64,000 nt of DNA. Origin: Azolla caroliniana (Eukaryota > Plantae > Polypodiophyta). Made by a program: the position numbers and the translations under genes. Location: assembly GCA_043228905.1 (NCBI GenBank), contig JBHGNT010000011.1:15252001-15316000 (forward strand), written 5' to 3'. Positions 38,950 through 51,935 of this stretch are shown here, piece after piece (position 1 is the stretch's first letter; each line of letters starts with the position of its first letter). The notes beneath the pieces were generated by a model, which saw only the letters and a program-made list of their open reading frames with translations, ran no database searches and was not told the DNA's origin.

Positions 38950-41700
38950 ACAATTTGCGTGAACGAGTTCGATGAAGTGTTAATGCTCGTCGAGAGCCAA
39001 GGCTCACTGGGGTAATAAGATAAGGCTGGATAAATTATGGCTGTTTTACATTGTATGATGTATCTGGGTCAACATTAAGGTTAATATTTGCATTGTTTTG
39101 ACTTTTTTAAGATCTTGCCCCTTTCATCCTTGATGCCTCGGGTAATGCATCCTTAATGATCATATACTTCATACAATCACCTAAGAGTTTCAAATAGATC
39201 TTTTACTCCCCATCTTGGAAACCATTTTATAATGTCATACACCCAACCAAATGATAGGGTTTTGCTCTTATTAGTTTTTTGTACCTTGCACCCTATGTTC
39301 TTAAGCATGCTTTGGCAGTCTATGATCATATATATTCTTGACTTTTGTGATATATTTGTGTACTCTTTGCATGTCTAGTATGTATATGGAGTGAGCATGT
39401 ATTTCTAATAGCACAACAAGGTAAGATGTTTAGAGAATTTAACCCCCATTGTCTATGTAAGAACAATCTTTGGATTTTCGCGATTTCATTCCATTGACTG
39501 AGTGAGATAGTGTGAATAACATCAATATCACTTCCCATCCTCTAAAGTCACTTTATTGCATTGATTCTAAAACATATACTAACTATTCCAACATGTTTGA
39601 AGTCTAGACTCATAACTCACATTCCACCTATTTTTGACAGAGGGAAATTAATGCCAATATATTTAGAGCTAGCTTTGCATCACTTGCATTGGCTCTTAAA
39701 TGTAAAAGCGGGGGGGGGGGGGGGGGGGGGGGGTAGTCTCTTGGTTGTATTGCCTTTTTATAGCCATTGTTTTTGTTTTGTCCTTCATTGTCAATTGATT
39801 TTATCTATTTCATGATACGGGAAACCTTACTTAATAGCTTGACATATGGTTGTTGTCGTCCATTTCAAGAGCTCGTCGCTTGCCTTTAAAGTTGAATTAG
39901 TCACTTTGTTATTGGGCCTCTTTTTTGCCCCTCCATCAACATGCATGCACTAAAATATTGACACCTACATTGAGAATGGCATCTTTCAATTGCTCCCAAT
40001 ATGTTTCGACATCTTTACTAAGGGTGAGGTTCATGGCATGACTCTCAACCTCGTCTGCATATAATTTACTTTTTGATATCAAGGTCACACAATGTACCTC
40101 TTTTCCATTTGTAATCTAATGCGTTGGTACATGTGTGTGTGTGTGTTTGCAGTCTACAAGTATACGACCTTGTGGAATGAGTTTGGTGACAAACATGCAA
40201 TTTTGAATGTATTCATCGTGGATGCATCACACATTCCTTTACGTATACATAGTCAACGATGCTTCCTCCTCTTGATGCTAAGAGACAAGTTAAAATATTT
40301 GTCATTGGAGATGTGTGGGTACCATCGAGAATCTTTGAGTTTGTGCAATTAACATATGAGAAGCTTACCACAATAAAAACATTACAATCTTCTAAGTCAC
40401 ATATCAAATCTAAAGATTGACACCATTACATTATTATCAAGTTTCAACTTTCACATTTTGATAAGTTCCAACTCTAGCATTAAGTTCTTCCACAACCAAC
40501 ACTTTCCAATATTCTCATATGTAAGAATGCCAACACATATTGGAAAAAGGATCATCACGATCTAGCCTCATACATATTATAGTAGTTGGACTATTTGTGA
40601 GGAATGTAACAACATGCCACTTTTTTACCTTTACATAGTGTTACTTCAACCCATACATATTTTTTCATTCGTCATAATTACATACTTATATGTGGTTTTC
40701 AAAGCCTCACGATAAATACATGCCACTTGCTCACACAATATTTCTTCTTGTGTGGGACCATATAGATTTAATGGTGTAGACAACAATATCAAGTATATAC
40801 ATGGCTTTATGTTCTCAAGTTTCAACCAAAAATATGATATCTATACCTTGGGCTAGTGGTTACACCACTTAATCCTAACCCATTATTCCACATAAATACT
40901 CTACAAATTGAAAACATGATTTTCAAACTTGAGGCAATCCCATTGGTGATCACTTGCCATGCACTTTCAATTCCTTTTCTGGTTGCATCGGCTTGCCTTC
41001 TTTGTTATTGCTCTTCTAAGGTTTGATCTTCCATTACAAAAAAAGTCTAAACCTTTTAGGTACACCTTGCTACTATCAAAAATGTAAACTCTTTTAATAT
41101 AATCTAAGATTGTGCAAACAATGGCTCAACATGATTCCCCTTTTGGTCTCTTCCAACCAACTTTATGTGCTACATATGCCATAACCTCGTGCATAACAAA
41201 ACAATCTTCAAATATTTTCATAGATTTTTCAACAAGGGAGAGTGCATTCTCTTATTCCTATTCTTGTACTCCACTAATAACAACATTTTGATTCTATTTT
41301 TGTCTGTCATACTGCCTCTAACATCTAGTGCATACTTTGAAGTGGATTCAAAACTTCATTGATAGTTTCTTTTAGTGTCGTCTTAATTAGGACATCTCTC
41401 CATTTAGTCATGATTACATCTTCTTTTGCATCAAGTTTAGATTTCATTTCAAGATTTACTTTAATCGGTGATTGTTCCTCAACTTCTAAGATTCTCAATT
41501 TGTTCTCCAATTTAACCCTTTAAGTATCTTGGAATTGCAATACTATTTTCTTCACCACACCATTCAAATATTTAATCTCCATTGTTTGCAAATCCACGGT
41601 ACATTGAAGCATCTGTTTCCTCTTGCTATGAGCATGAACTTCATTTTCTAAATACATACACAATGATTGCACTTATTGCAGTCACGAGCATGAGAGAGCA
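38950..41700 (-). mobile_element. Highly degenerate LINE (ORF1 coiled coil and APE endonuclease remnants)
   Basis: Minus-strand fragments VACCYIPH (near 40600-40620) and ELNARVG (near 40470-40490) resemble endonuclease motifs; coiled-coil ORF piece 41325-41510; boundaries approximate. Confidence 0.45.
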
Positions 41701-41796
41701 CGACTCTACTTCGTGTCAATCAACACTATCATTTTTATATGATTAGAGTTGTTTTTGTTGATTGGTTATGCTACCATAAATTTGTTACATCGTTGG

Positions 41797-42232
41797 CATG
41801 GTTCCCAAATGTGGAATCCATGTTGAATTATTGTAGTACAAGTTCCTTGGGCTTTAGTATATTGCATGGGCGAAACAAAAAATACATGTTTCACCACCAA
41901 ATCCCAACCATTTGGTAGACCACGAGTGCAAAAGTTGCATGCAATAGACATTATATGGCTATCTACGCACATTCTAGGATCATTCTCGATGCCCCTCTCA
42001 GCAAAAAAGAGTTAACTCATGGTTTCAAAATGTGGAATCCATGTTGAGTTATTGCAGTACAAGTTTATTGGGCTTACGTATATTGCATGGGTGAAACAAC
42101 AAATACATGTTTCACTACCAATTCCCAACCATTTGGCGAACCACAAATGCAAGAGTTGCATGCAATAGACATTATATGGCTATCTACGCACACCCTAAGA
42201 CCATTCTCAATGCCCCTTTTAGCTGAGAAGAA
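41797..42232. repeat. Diverged tandem duplication, about 222 bp x2
   Basis: CATGGTT.C.AAATGTGGAATCCATGTTGA...GCAATAGACATTATATGGCTATCTACGCAC occurs twice. Confidence 0.8.
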
Positions 42233-42901
42233 ATAAATCACGAGGTCAAAGTATATATTGCAATGAATGAAAACGACATATGCTATTGAATTGGAGGTTG
42301 TGTTTAGAGGATTGAAGGACAAGAACTAAGAAAAGGAAGTGATCGTTTTCTTAAAACCGTGGAGAAACTAACATCCTCTCAACTTTTCAAAACGCATGTT
42401 TGTTCTTCTACATGCGATTCATACATTATGCACAACTGAGAAGACATGTTAAACAAAGTGAGCCTAGTGATGAACATTGAGTGGGGTTCTAGGAATGAAT
42501 GGCGCAACTAGGTGATAAACAATAGGTCTGGTGTGGATAGTTAAAGCGAATGAGCTAAACGTGGTCTCACATATATAAATGCAAAGGCAATTCTTATGTC
42601 TAGGGTCTAGGCCCTCTTGGCACGGACACATGTTTCGTGTGATGCCCAGCCAATTACTATCTTATGGGCCTCCCGGACATGCGTAATGTGCCGATGGGAT
42701 CCAAAGATCATTGATTGATTGATTGTCCTTGGAATGTTATATGTATCAATATGCATAGACATGGAGAAGGTTTCATGGCTAAGGCCAGGGAACCTCCCTC
42801 CATGGCCTTCTTATTCTTAGCCTTTGTAGACAGAGGTTTTGCTTGAATGGGAGTCATGCCAAGTTTAGGTTTTGCTTGAATGGTAGTCATGCCAAGTTTT
42901 G

Positions 42902-45826
42902 ATGAGCTGCAGGGCATACTCAGAGGATGCACTCCTGAGAACATCAAGAAACAGAGTGCCCTTTTCTAGAGCCAAGAGGTTCTATTCTGTAGAAATCAGA
43001 ACTGCCCAACAACAGGGAGAAGAATCAGAAGAAGACGTAGAACCCATTTGCAATAGCTACAATGCTGCAGAGTTGGCCGCTCTACTTGGCAAGTTTAGCT
43101 CTCAGAAAGCTGTCTATGATGGCAGGCTTCTCCATATACACCTCATCAAACAAAGCATGGATGGTCATGGTATGTATGGTAACCGCCTCATTCGCATGTA
43201 TGGTAAATGTGGATGTACGCATGATGCATGGTCTCTCTTCTGTCGAATGGATCATCGGGATTCACACACATGGCGCTTCATGATTGGTGCATACTCTGCA
43301 TTTGATGATGCTTTTCAGCTTTTCCATCAAATGGTCATGGAAAGCTTCTTGCCCATGAAGGTAACTGTGATTAGCATTTTGTCTTCGTGTGTGGGGGAGA
43401 AGTACCTTCTTGAAGGTAAGAGAATTCATGCCTTTGTTGAAGGAAGCAATCTTCAATATGATATGGAAGTGGGTAATACCATCATTAGCATGTATAGTAA
43501 ATGCCAATGCTTATCAAAAGCTCTCGAGTTTTTCTATGCTATGCCTTTGCATAATGTAGTGTCTTTCAACACTGTGATGACATCCTTAGTTCATCATCAA
43601 ATGGGCCAAGAGGCACTCAATCTCTTTTACAAAATGAATCTCTTTGCAATCACACCAAACGATGTTACTTTTATTAGTGCTTTATCGGCTTGTGGGTCTA
43701 TTCTTCAGCTTTTGGAAGGAAAATGTATCCATGTTTGTGTTCGATCTAGTGAATTTGTTGATGAAATAGTGCTGGAAAATGCATTGCTCAACATGTATGG
43801 GAAGTGTGGAAACTTGGAGGAAGCCAAAACACTCTTTTGGACAATGCCTCATCGGGAAGTGGCCACATGGAATTGTATGATAACTTCATATATGCAACAT
43901 GATCAATGTGAAGCAGCTATTCAACTTTTCCATCATATGCAAGCCATAGGAACTTTTCCAAACAATGTCACCTTTGCCAATATACTTTCAGTTTGTGTGA
44001 ACATGACGTCACTTTCTGAAGGGCGGCGGTTGCATTCGCGTTTGACGAGTGCGAGCTCATGTTTGGATGTTGTTCTTGGTACTGCACTTGTTAATATGTA
44101 CGGAAAGTGTGGGAGCTTTGAGGACGCATCCATAGTTTTCGGAAACATAATGAGTAGAGATGTGATCCTTTGGAATGCTATGATTGAAATTTATGTAAAA
44201 TATGGTCAAGGAAGCGAGGCAATTAAATTGTTTGAAGAAATGGTGGTCATGGGCTCAATACCAACTAAAGTTACATTTATAAACATTCTTGATGGCTTTA
44301 TGGACTTGAGTGCAGGTAAGCGTATGCATAAGATCATATCTGAAAAAGGTCTGGAAACTGATGTAATGGTGGCAACTAGCCTGATGAATATGTATGGTAA
44401 ATTTGGTAGCTTAGATGATGTGTTCATGGTGTTTGATAAAATGCTAGAACAGGATTTAGTCTCATGGAATGCATTTCTAGCAATGATTTCAAGACATGAT
44501 AAAGCCCAAGAGTCATTATCAAGCTTTCAAAAAATGTTGTCTGAGGGTATTTTACCTGACAAAATTTCGTACATAACACTATGTGATGCATGTGGTAGCC
44601 GTGCTCTTCTTAGAGAAGGCATTCGGATTCATGCTCTCATTGTAAGTAGTAAACTAGAAATGGACATCCAACTCAGGAATAGTCTCATTAACATGTATGG
44701 TAAATGTGGGAATCTTAAGCTTTCCAAGAGAATCTTCGAAGATACCATTGAACAAGATGAGTTCACTTGGAATGCGATTATCGCCAGTTATGCACAAGCA
44801 GGGGAGGGTCTCAATGCCATCCATTTTTTCCATCAAATGCAGGAGAAAGGTCACATACCAGAAAGATTCACATATGTAAATCTTCTGTCTGGCTTTACGG
44901 GCTCACAATATTCAATGCAAGGAAAGAGAATCCATGCTTCCTTGGTCGGAAGCCATCTTGAGGCTGATGTCATTATCATAAATATTCTTATCAATATGTA
45001 TGGGAAGTGTAACAAGCCAGAGGATGCACAAATGCTTTTCGATGAAACTCTTAAGCTTGATATAGTAACATGGAATGGAATGCTTGCTTCTTATTCTCAT
45101 AGAGAGAATGAGCTAGAGGCTCTGCAATTGCTTAGGCAAATGCTTCTCATGGGTATTGCGCCAGATAGAGTCACATTTGTCTCTTTATTATCTATTTGTG
45201 CAAACCAAACCTTTCTTATAGAAGGAAAGCAAATGCATGCCCGAATCTTGGCCAGTGGCTCTTGGTGGGATATTAACCTTGGAAATGCCCTCATTAGTAT
45301 GTATGCAAAATGTGGTAGTGTCAAAGATGCATTGGTAGTCTTTGAGAATATGCACAACCATGATATAGTATCATGGAATGCCATCATTACAGCTTATGCT
45401 TTTTGGGGACTTGTCCAGGAGGCTCTTAAATTGTATAATAGATTGAAACGAGATCTAATGCCGAATAAAGTTACGTATCTCGTTATCCTTTCAGCTTGTT
45501 CTCATGCCGGCCTTCTTGAAGAAGGTTTTTGCTACTTCTCTGTGATGACTGAACATCACGAGATCAAGCCTACAGAAGAACACTACAACTGTGTTATTGA
45601 CCTTCTTGGAAGATTGGGGCTTTTGGATGAGGCAGAAAGTGTTATAAATCTTTCACCATCTCTTTATAGTGCATTAGCATGGACAACATTGCTTGGTTTT
45701 TGTAGAATACATTGCGATGAAGCACGTGGAGAACATGCCGCAGTGAATGCTCTTCATCTAGAACCGGAGAATAGTTCACTCTACATTTTGCTTTCTAACA
45801 TCTATGCTTCAAGTACTATCGAGTAG
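42902..45826 (+). CDS. PLS-class pentatricopeptide repeat protein with E-domain end (organellar RNA-editing factor type), intronless
   Basis: ORF of about 975 aa; repeated NALINMYGKCG...A...F...DVVSWNAMI triplets; C-terminal EHYNCVIDLLGR...WTTLLGFCRIH...YILLSNIYA; no DYW. Confidence 0.93.
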   Translation: MSCRAYSEDALLRTSRNRVPFSRAKRFYSVEIRTAQQQGEESEEDVEPICNSYNAAELAALLGKFSSQKAVYDGRLLHIHLIKQSMDGHGMYGNRLIRMYGKCGCTHDAWSLFCRMDHRDSHTWRFMIGAYSAFDDAFQLFHQMVMESFLPMKVTVISILSSCVGEKYLLEGKRIHAFVEGSNLQYDMEVGNTIISMYSKCQCLSKALEFFYAMPLHNVVSFNTVMTSLVHHQMGQEALNLFYKMNLFAITPNDVTFISALSACGSILQLLEGKCIHVCVRSSEFVDEIVLENALLNMYGKCGNLEEAKTLFWTMPHREVATWNCMITSYMQHDQCEAAIQLFHHMQAIGTFPNNVTFANILSVCVNMTSLSEGRRLHSRLTSASSCLDVVLGTALVNMYGKCGSFEDASIVFGNIMSRDVILWNAMIEIYVKYGQGSEAIKLFEEMVVMGSIPTKVTFINILDGFMDLSAGKRMHKIISEKGLETDVMVATSLMNMYGKFGSLDDVFMVFDKMLEQDLVSWNAFLAMISRHDKAQESLSSFQKMLSEGILPDKISYITLCDACGSRALLREGIRIHALIVSSKLEMDIQLRNSLINMYGKCGNLKLSKRIFEDTIEQDEFTWNAIIASYAQAGEGLNAIHFFHQMQEKGHIPERFTYVNLLSGFTGSQYSMQGKRIHASLVGSHLEADVIIINILINMYGKCNKPEDAQMLFDETLKLDIVTWNGMLASYSHRENELEALQLLRQMLLMGIAPDRVTFVSLLSICANQTFLIEGKQMHARILASGSWWDINLGNALISMYAKCGSVKDALVVFENMHNHDIVSWNAIITAYAFWGLVQEALKLYNRLKRDLMPNKVTYLVILSACSHAGLLEEGFCYFSVMTEHHEIKPTEEHYNCVIDLLGRLGLLDEAESVINLSPSLYSALAWTTLLGFCRIHCDEARGEHAAVNALHLEPENSSLYILLSNIYASSTIE

Positions 45827-46639
45827 ACAATGTTGGATATATAATTGCTTTTGTACATATGTATACTTGAATCCGACGCTATTTAAACCTAAGTATTTAG
45901 GTTCTTAGATCTGATGGAAATTTCCATCTCTTCAGACACCGTTATACTATTGCCCAAGCCAATGCAAAAAACAAAAGTGATAAACAACAAATGTCACATT
46001 TAGTAATCTCACAAGTAGCGATTAATGAACGAAATGAAAGTTACTTCTAGTGTTTATCATGAAAACAAAACGCCTTTGTATTTTTTTGGATAGGAAACAC
46101 TTTCACCAACTCCTTATTTTTTCAATAGGAAACAATTTCACATGCTATATGACAGTAGTGTAAACAAACTTCTTATTTGCACATAGCATTGGAAGTTTAC
46201 CAAGTAATCTGAATTGGGTTTTAAAGTTTACAAAAAGGTTGTGATAAATCATATGTGCAATCTTGATATAACATAGGAGATTGATAGAAGGTTAAATACT
46301 TATTGAAAGACCTTGCCAAATGCATTTACATTGGTACTTGTTAGGAGAGGTATGCCATTCATAACTTTAAGGAAGGATGGGGAAGAGATTCAATATTTTG
46401 TCATGGAGGGGAAGGGAACTCCTACAAATAAGGAGATGGGAGAGGGGACGCATGCTTATTGAGAAGAGGGACTCACGTGTGACAAAGTGATGGAGGGGAG
46501 TCATACTTGTAAGAAGGTTGTGAAGGGTCTCCTACTTGTAAGCTAATGGTGGAGAAGACCCTAGGGGTGGGGACGACTCTTACTTGTAAGTAGGAGGTGG
46601 GGAGGGGATTCACACTTGTAAGGAAGATGGATTGAGGAC

Positions 46640-48905
46640 TCAATACTTGTAAGGAGGTGGGGGAGGGGACTCGTACTTGTAAGGAGGAGGTGGGGGTGAC
46701 TCGTACTTATAAGGATATGGTGGAGGGGACTCATACTTATACAAAGGAGGGGGAGGCGACTCATACTTGTAAGGAGGAGGTGGGGGTGACTCGTACTTGT
46801 AAGGAGGAGGTGGGGGTGACTTGTACTTGTAAGGAGGAGGTGGGGGTGACTCATACTTGTAAGGAGGGGGAGGCGACTCATACTTGTAAGGAGGAGGTGG
46901 AGGTGACTCGTACTTGTAAGGAGGAGGTGGGGGTGACTCATACTTGTACACGGGAGGGGGAGGCGACTCATACTTGTAAGGAGGAGGTGGGGGTGACTCG
47001 TACTTGTAAGGAGATGGTGGAGGGGACTCATGCTTGTACAAAGGAGGGGGAGGCGACTCATACTTGTAAGGAGGAGGTGGGGGTGACTCGTACTTGTAAG
47101 GAGATGGTGGAGGGGACTCACGCTTGTACAAAGGAGGGGGAGGCGACTCATACTTGTAAGACGGAGGTGGGGGTGACTCGTACTTGTAAGGAGATTGTGG
47201 GGGGGATGCATACTTGTACAAAGGAGGGGGAGGTGACTCATACTTGTAAGGAGGAGGTGGGGGTGACTCGTACTTGTAAGGAGATGGTGGAGTGGACTCA
47301 TACTTGTACAAAGGAGGGGGAGGTGACTCATACTTGTAAGGAGGAGGTGGGGGTGACTCGTACTTGTAAGGAGATTGTGGAGGGGACTTATACTTGTAAG
47401 GAGCCTCGTACTTGTAAGGAGGGGAAGGGGTGTCGTATTTGTAAGTAGGTGGAGAAGGAGAGTCATATTTATAAGGAAGAGGGGGAGGAGATTGATACTT
47501 GTAAGGAGGAGGTGAAGGGGATTGATGCTTGTACGAAGGAGGTGGGGGGGACACATACTTGTAAGGGGGTAACAAAGGGGAGGTATACTTGTAAGGAGGT
47601 GGAGAAGGGGACTTGTACTTGTAAGGAGTAGGGAGAGGGGATTCATATTTGTAAGGAAGGGGAGGAGACTTGTATTCAGAAGGAGGCTCATATTTATAAG
47701 GACTTGGAGGATGAGAATACTCATAAGGAGATTTATACTTATACGAAGAAGAAGAAGAAGATGAAGGATATTTATATGATGGTTTAGAACACTTCTCATA
47801 ATGGGAGCTTGATACATAAGCGAAAGGGCCAATTGAAAGCACCACCTCATGTTCAGACTTAGATTTGATGTGCACACTATTGTTGCCGGACTTTCCACCA
47901 TGTAGATTGGTTGGTAGAGTACATGAGGTGCTATACGAGGCAGAGATAAGCTTGGCCTTACAAGAGGCACCACCATGTTTTCGATAGTCAAATCCACTTA
48001 GTCGTATCTTGAAGCCACCTCTTTCATTGGTTTCCCCATAGAACCATTCTTCTGATTTACCATTCCAACAAAAAACGCCCACGTTCACTCCTAGAAAACG
48101 AAAAGGATGCTTAGAAGATAGTATTAAAAAAAGTTATAGTTGTTGGACAATCGATATATTACATGCAAAACCATTTGTATTGGTATACGGTATACCTATT
48201 ATTTTGTATATTAATGTGCTATCACATAGTGACTTCAATGTGAAGGACAAAGATAACAAATATGGCATGATATCATAATAATTTAGATATATATGATGTG
48301 GGCTCATTACACCTTTGTGTATAGACTTGAGGTTGGAAACTTTGTGTACACACATGCACATGCACATTGGGCATTGTGGCCATTGTATTACCACTCACTA
48401 TGTACACAAGGGCATGGGAATTCTATTGCTTTAGCAAATTTAGGTTTTGAATGTATCTGGAGAACTCTAGCAAGTGAATCATATAATAAAAGGCACATCA
48501 ATGTATTGCTAAGATACAAGTAATTCACATTAGAACTTAATTGAAATTGTATATCCCAACTTTGAAAAACATCAAACCACCTTGCAAACATGAAATTGCC
48601 TTCTTCCCACTAGGGTAGCATACACCCATATATTAGATGTCAAGAAAAAAGTTGTTACCTTTAAGAGGTTTCTTGATTTTTCCATTCTTGCAGATGTCAC
48701 AATAAACATTGCCAACGACAATGGCTTGGAAATCAAGAGGCAATGTTGAAGGGACGGTTGGGTGGCTACTCAAAGGATTTGGTGAGGATTCATATTTGTA
48801 GGGATTAGTTGGTGTAGAATCGTAATTGGCATTTACTACTGTTAATGTTGCAACAATTGTCCATATCACAAATCCCACATGATCCCTCTTGTCATACATC
48901 ATCAT
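46640..48905 (-). CDS. Chimeric extensin: signal peptide, Pollen Ole e 1 domain, SPn-YKY repeats (2 exons)
   Basis: Exons 48659-48905 and 46640-48090 (GT-AG, phase 1); hydrophobic signal; [10 protein letters not shown]...[11 protein letters not shown]...TNERGGF...CKAKL...SC; many [10 protein letters not shown] repeats. Confidence 0.9.
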
Positions 48906-51794
48906 CCTACATATTATTAACCTCACAATATAAGAACATGATATTCATGATGGTCAACAAGTTCCTAATACAAATACAAAAATGAAGGTGATGGAAGAAT
49001 TAGGAGTAACGTAATATCAAGATAACAGGACAACTAATGATCTTTAGGTTAGCAAATAATTTTGAATAAACTTATTCTGATTAAGTTGAAGTGATATGTG
49101 GTAAGATAGTTATGTGCGAATGACCTAAAATTAAGTGTAACAATTGAATACTGGGGGATTGTTAGATTAAACAAAAGTGTTAAAAGCTAATAGGGCTTCA
49201 ACTCAAGTGAAAAACAATGTGAAGCATGTGGACACTAGGAATCTTGAAATCAAACATGCGCACCTTTGAGAGTAGTGAGGATACCTTTGATGACCAATAA
49301 CATAAGTTTCAAGCACAGAAGTGTTGTTTCAAGCTATATTGGTCTAAGCTTTATATAGTTAATAGATTTGCGGATGGTAGATAAATAAATATATGTAAAT
49401 GAACAAGTTTTACAACAACACATATCTCAATTGACTATCCACCAACAACTTGTATTTTACATCGACAATTCTAATTGTTTCTTTTGTAATGGTAGTGTAT
49501 ATGTTTCCCCAAACACTTTGATGTAAACTGTATAACCTTCACGTTAGAAGTGGTCCTCTAAATCTCATTTTTGAGCTTTGAAGATAAATTTCCAATTAAG
49601 TACCAAGTAAATCACCCCCACCTTAAGAAATGTGTGTTTTGGTGTTGACTATTTGATGTATATATTTTCAGCTCTCATACCCTTGGTTCTTTTATATAAC
49701 CTTTAAAGGCACTCAACTTTTCACCTTGCTTTTTGTGAAGCCTTATACTTCGATGTTTCTTAGTACGAAGCAATACAAAATTCCACACATCATATATGCC
49801 CTTTTGGAAAAACCATTATGTTTTTTTATCTCAACCATTTTTCCATACACCAATAAGAATAACTTTCAATTTCCTATGATTGGCATATGATGAAAACATC
49901 CAGTAAATACCTTATGTAAAGAATGTTATAAACTGAATAAATGGTCATGTCAACATTCCGTTCACATTTCAAATCTAGAAGGTAGAATAATGTACTACGA
50001 GTATTTGACGTAACGTCAAATTAATGTTGGAGTAAACAATATCCATTGTTCTTTATTAATTTCACAAAAGTAATCCACACTAATACAACACATAAGGAGC
50101 TCCTCTCCTATGATTAAGTGTGAAAGCTAGGTGAGATAAGCATATGTAATCCACACTAGTTCAACATATAAGGAACTCCTCCTCTCCATGGGTCGAGAAG
50201 AATCAATTCAAATAATCCATGGGTCGAGAATGTTTCATCACAGTGTAAGTAGCATAGTGTCTATTGTGCTTGGCATAATGGGACAATTCATTCATCACAA
50301 ATGCCATCCATATGCGATTCCCAAGAATAAGTGATTGGTACATCCAAATTATATTCGTGAAAAAATGACCAAACATATGACATATTCAACTTCGCTCCAA
50401 TCGATAACTCCATACCCTCTAAAAAATGTACGACATAAGCATATGTAGGCAATTGTTTTAGATGCATAAATTGTGGAAGAGACTATTTGCATGCCTAATT
50501 TAATGTTTGCAGAATATTATGAGTAATCATCCTCCATAGCATTGCATTTTCCTAGGAAGGGAACGTGAGAAGTGAAATGAACTAACTATGCTTTACATGT
50601 ATATAAAAACATACTTGTTTATTTCTAACATTATCTAACTTCATGGAATAAAAAGTTATTGCTTGCTTACAACGATCCTTACGCGGGTCAAGGAAGCAAA
50701 GTCATCCCTTTCTTCCAATTCATGACTAGATTGGGTCGCCACATTCTAGCCACTCAAACCGCCCTAGCAACGGGTGCTGCAAAGGTATGACACACATATC
50801 ATGTTCCTCATACAATTATCACAAAGGTTTGATAGAAAATTTGGAAACTCAACTCGCTAGGCGAATCACCACATTCCAATGACTATTAATACATAAGTCA
50901 CTACCTATTGGAGCATGGTAGCGTGGGAACCTTAACTCTTCTAATTGTGTAACACGCCCAAATGCAACAAAAGCAATCCGACACGCGACGTGGGATTGCC
51001 TAGAGACCCATCAAATATGGCGGGGGTTTGGTTGCCTATTGCAATTATGTCATAGGTAAGGCATAATTAAGTGGGGAAATGTTTGTTGGTTATCATAGCA
51101 GGCCCTAGTTGACAAGTACAAACATCAGGAAGAGGGGATGACTTTGGTGATAAAAGCACAAGAGGTTTTCTTTTCCACCGTCGACAATATCCACTCAACT
51201 CCTACTAATGTGAAATCTCAAGTTGTGTTGGAATTGGTCAGCCCAATAACTCTTTGAATTCTATGGAAACAATGGTGTAGACGAGCCTTCTCCAACCAAA
51301 CCATGCATCCAGTAATGTTAATGCAAGAGATATGGAGTGAAGTTGTGGCCACTCTAAAGAGCCAATATGATGGCCTCACGGGCGGATCCGATGGAGTTGA
51401 ACAACAACGACTAACCTTCATCCAGCAATGGTCGATCTCTCCCTTTCTTGAGTCAGTGACCATCCACATAAGATGAAACTATCGCGTCCCTACATGGATT
51501 TGTATATAACACTTTCATCTGTAAAATTTTATAACTAATGGAAGGAAATGTTTTTGGAGAATAAAATAAAATAAAAGGGTTTAGGGTTTAGGGTTGAAGT
51601 CATAAATACAAAAAGATGATGAGGATAAGGAGCTAATTTTTTTGCATTCAACAAACAATTGGAATTACCAATTGGGTATTCATAAATAATGAGAAATTTA
51701 TGGATTCATGCAATCATCACTTGTCCACTAGATAATCTTAAAGTCTATTTTTACATAGAGAGACATATATATTGATATAGATAGATTTTATTAT

Positions 51795-51935
51795 GAAATT
51801 GGTAAATTCACAGTTTTTTTCGTATTTTCACTGTTTTTTTTGGGGGATGGAATCTGGCTATCATTTGTAATCATATTTCTGAACTAAAAAAAAAACTGTG
51901 AAAATATAGAAAAAACTGTGAATTTACCAATTCCC
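51795..51935. mobile_element. Mutator-like MITE (141 bp) with 9-bp TSD
   Basis: TIR AATTGGTAAATTCACAGTTTTTT / AAAAAACTGTGAATTTACCAATT; TTTTATTAT at 51786-51794 and 51936-51944. Confidence 0.8.

Noticed and set aside
39709-39733. Poly-G run of about 25 nt (G-quadruplex candidate)
   Set aside because: Simple homopolymer inside a decayed LINE; length unreliable and no functional context
46561-47997. 478-aa L/T/S-rich minus-strand ORF and 263-aa plus-strand ORF over the extensin
   Set aside because: Alternative-frame shadows of the 30-bp extensin repeat
51577-51596. GGGTTTAGGGTTTAGGGTT telomere-like tract
   Set aside because: Fewer than three units; such telo-boxes are common in plant genomes
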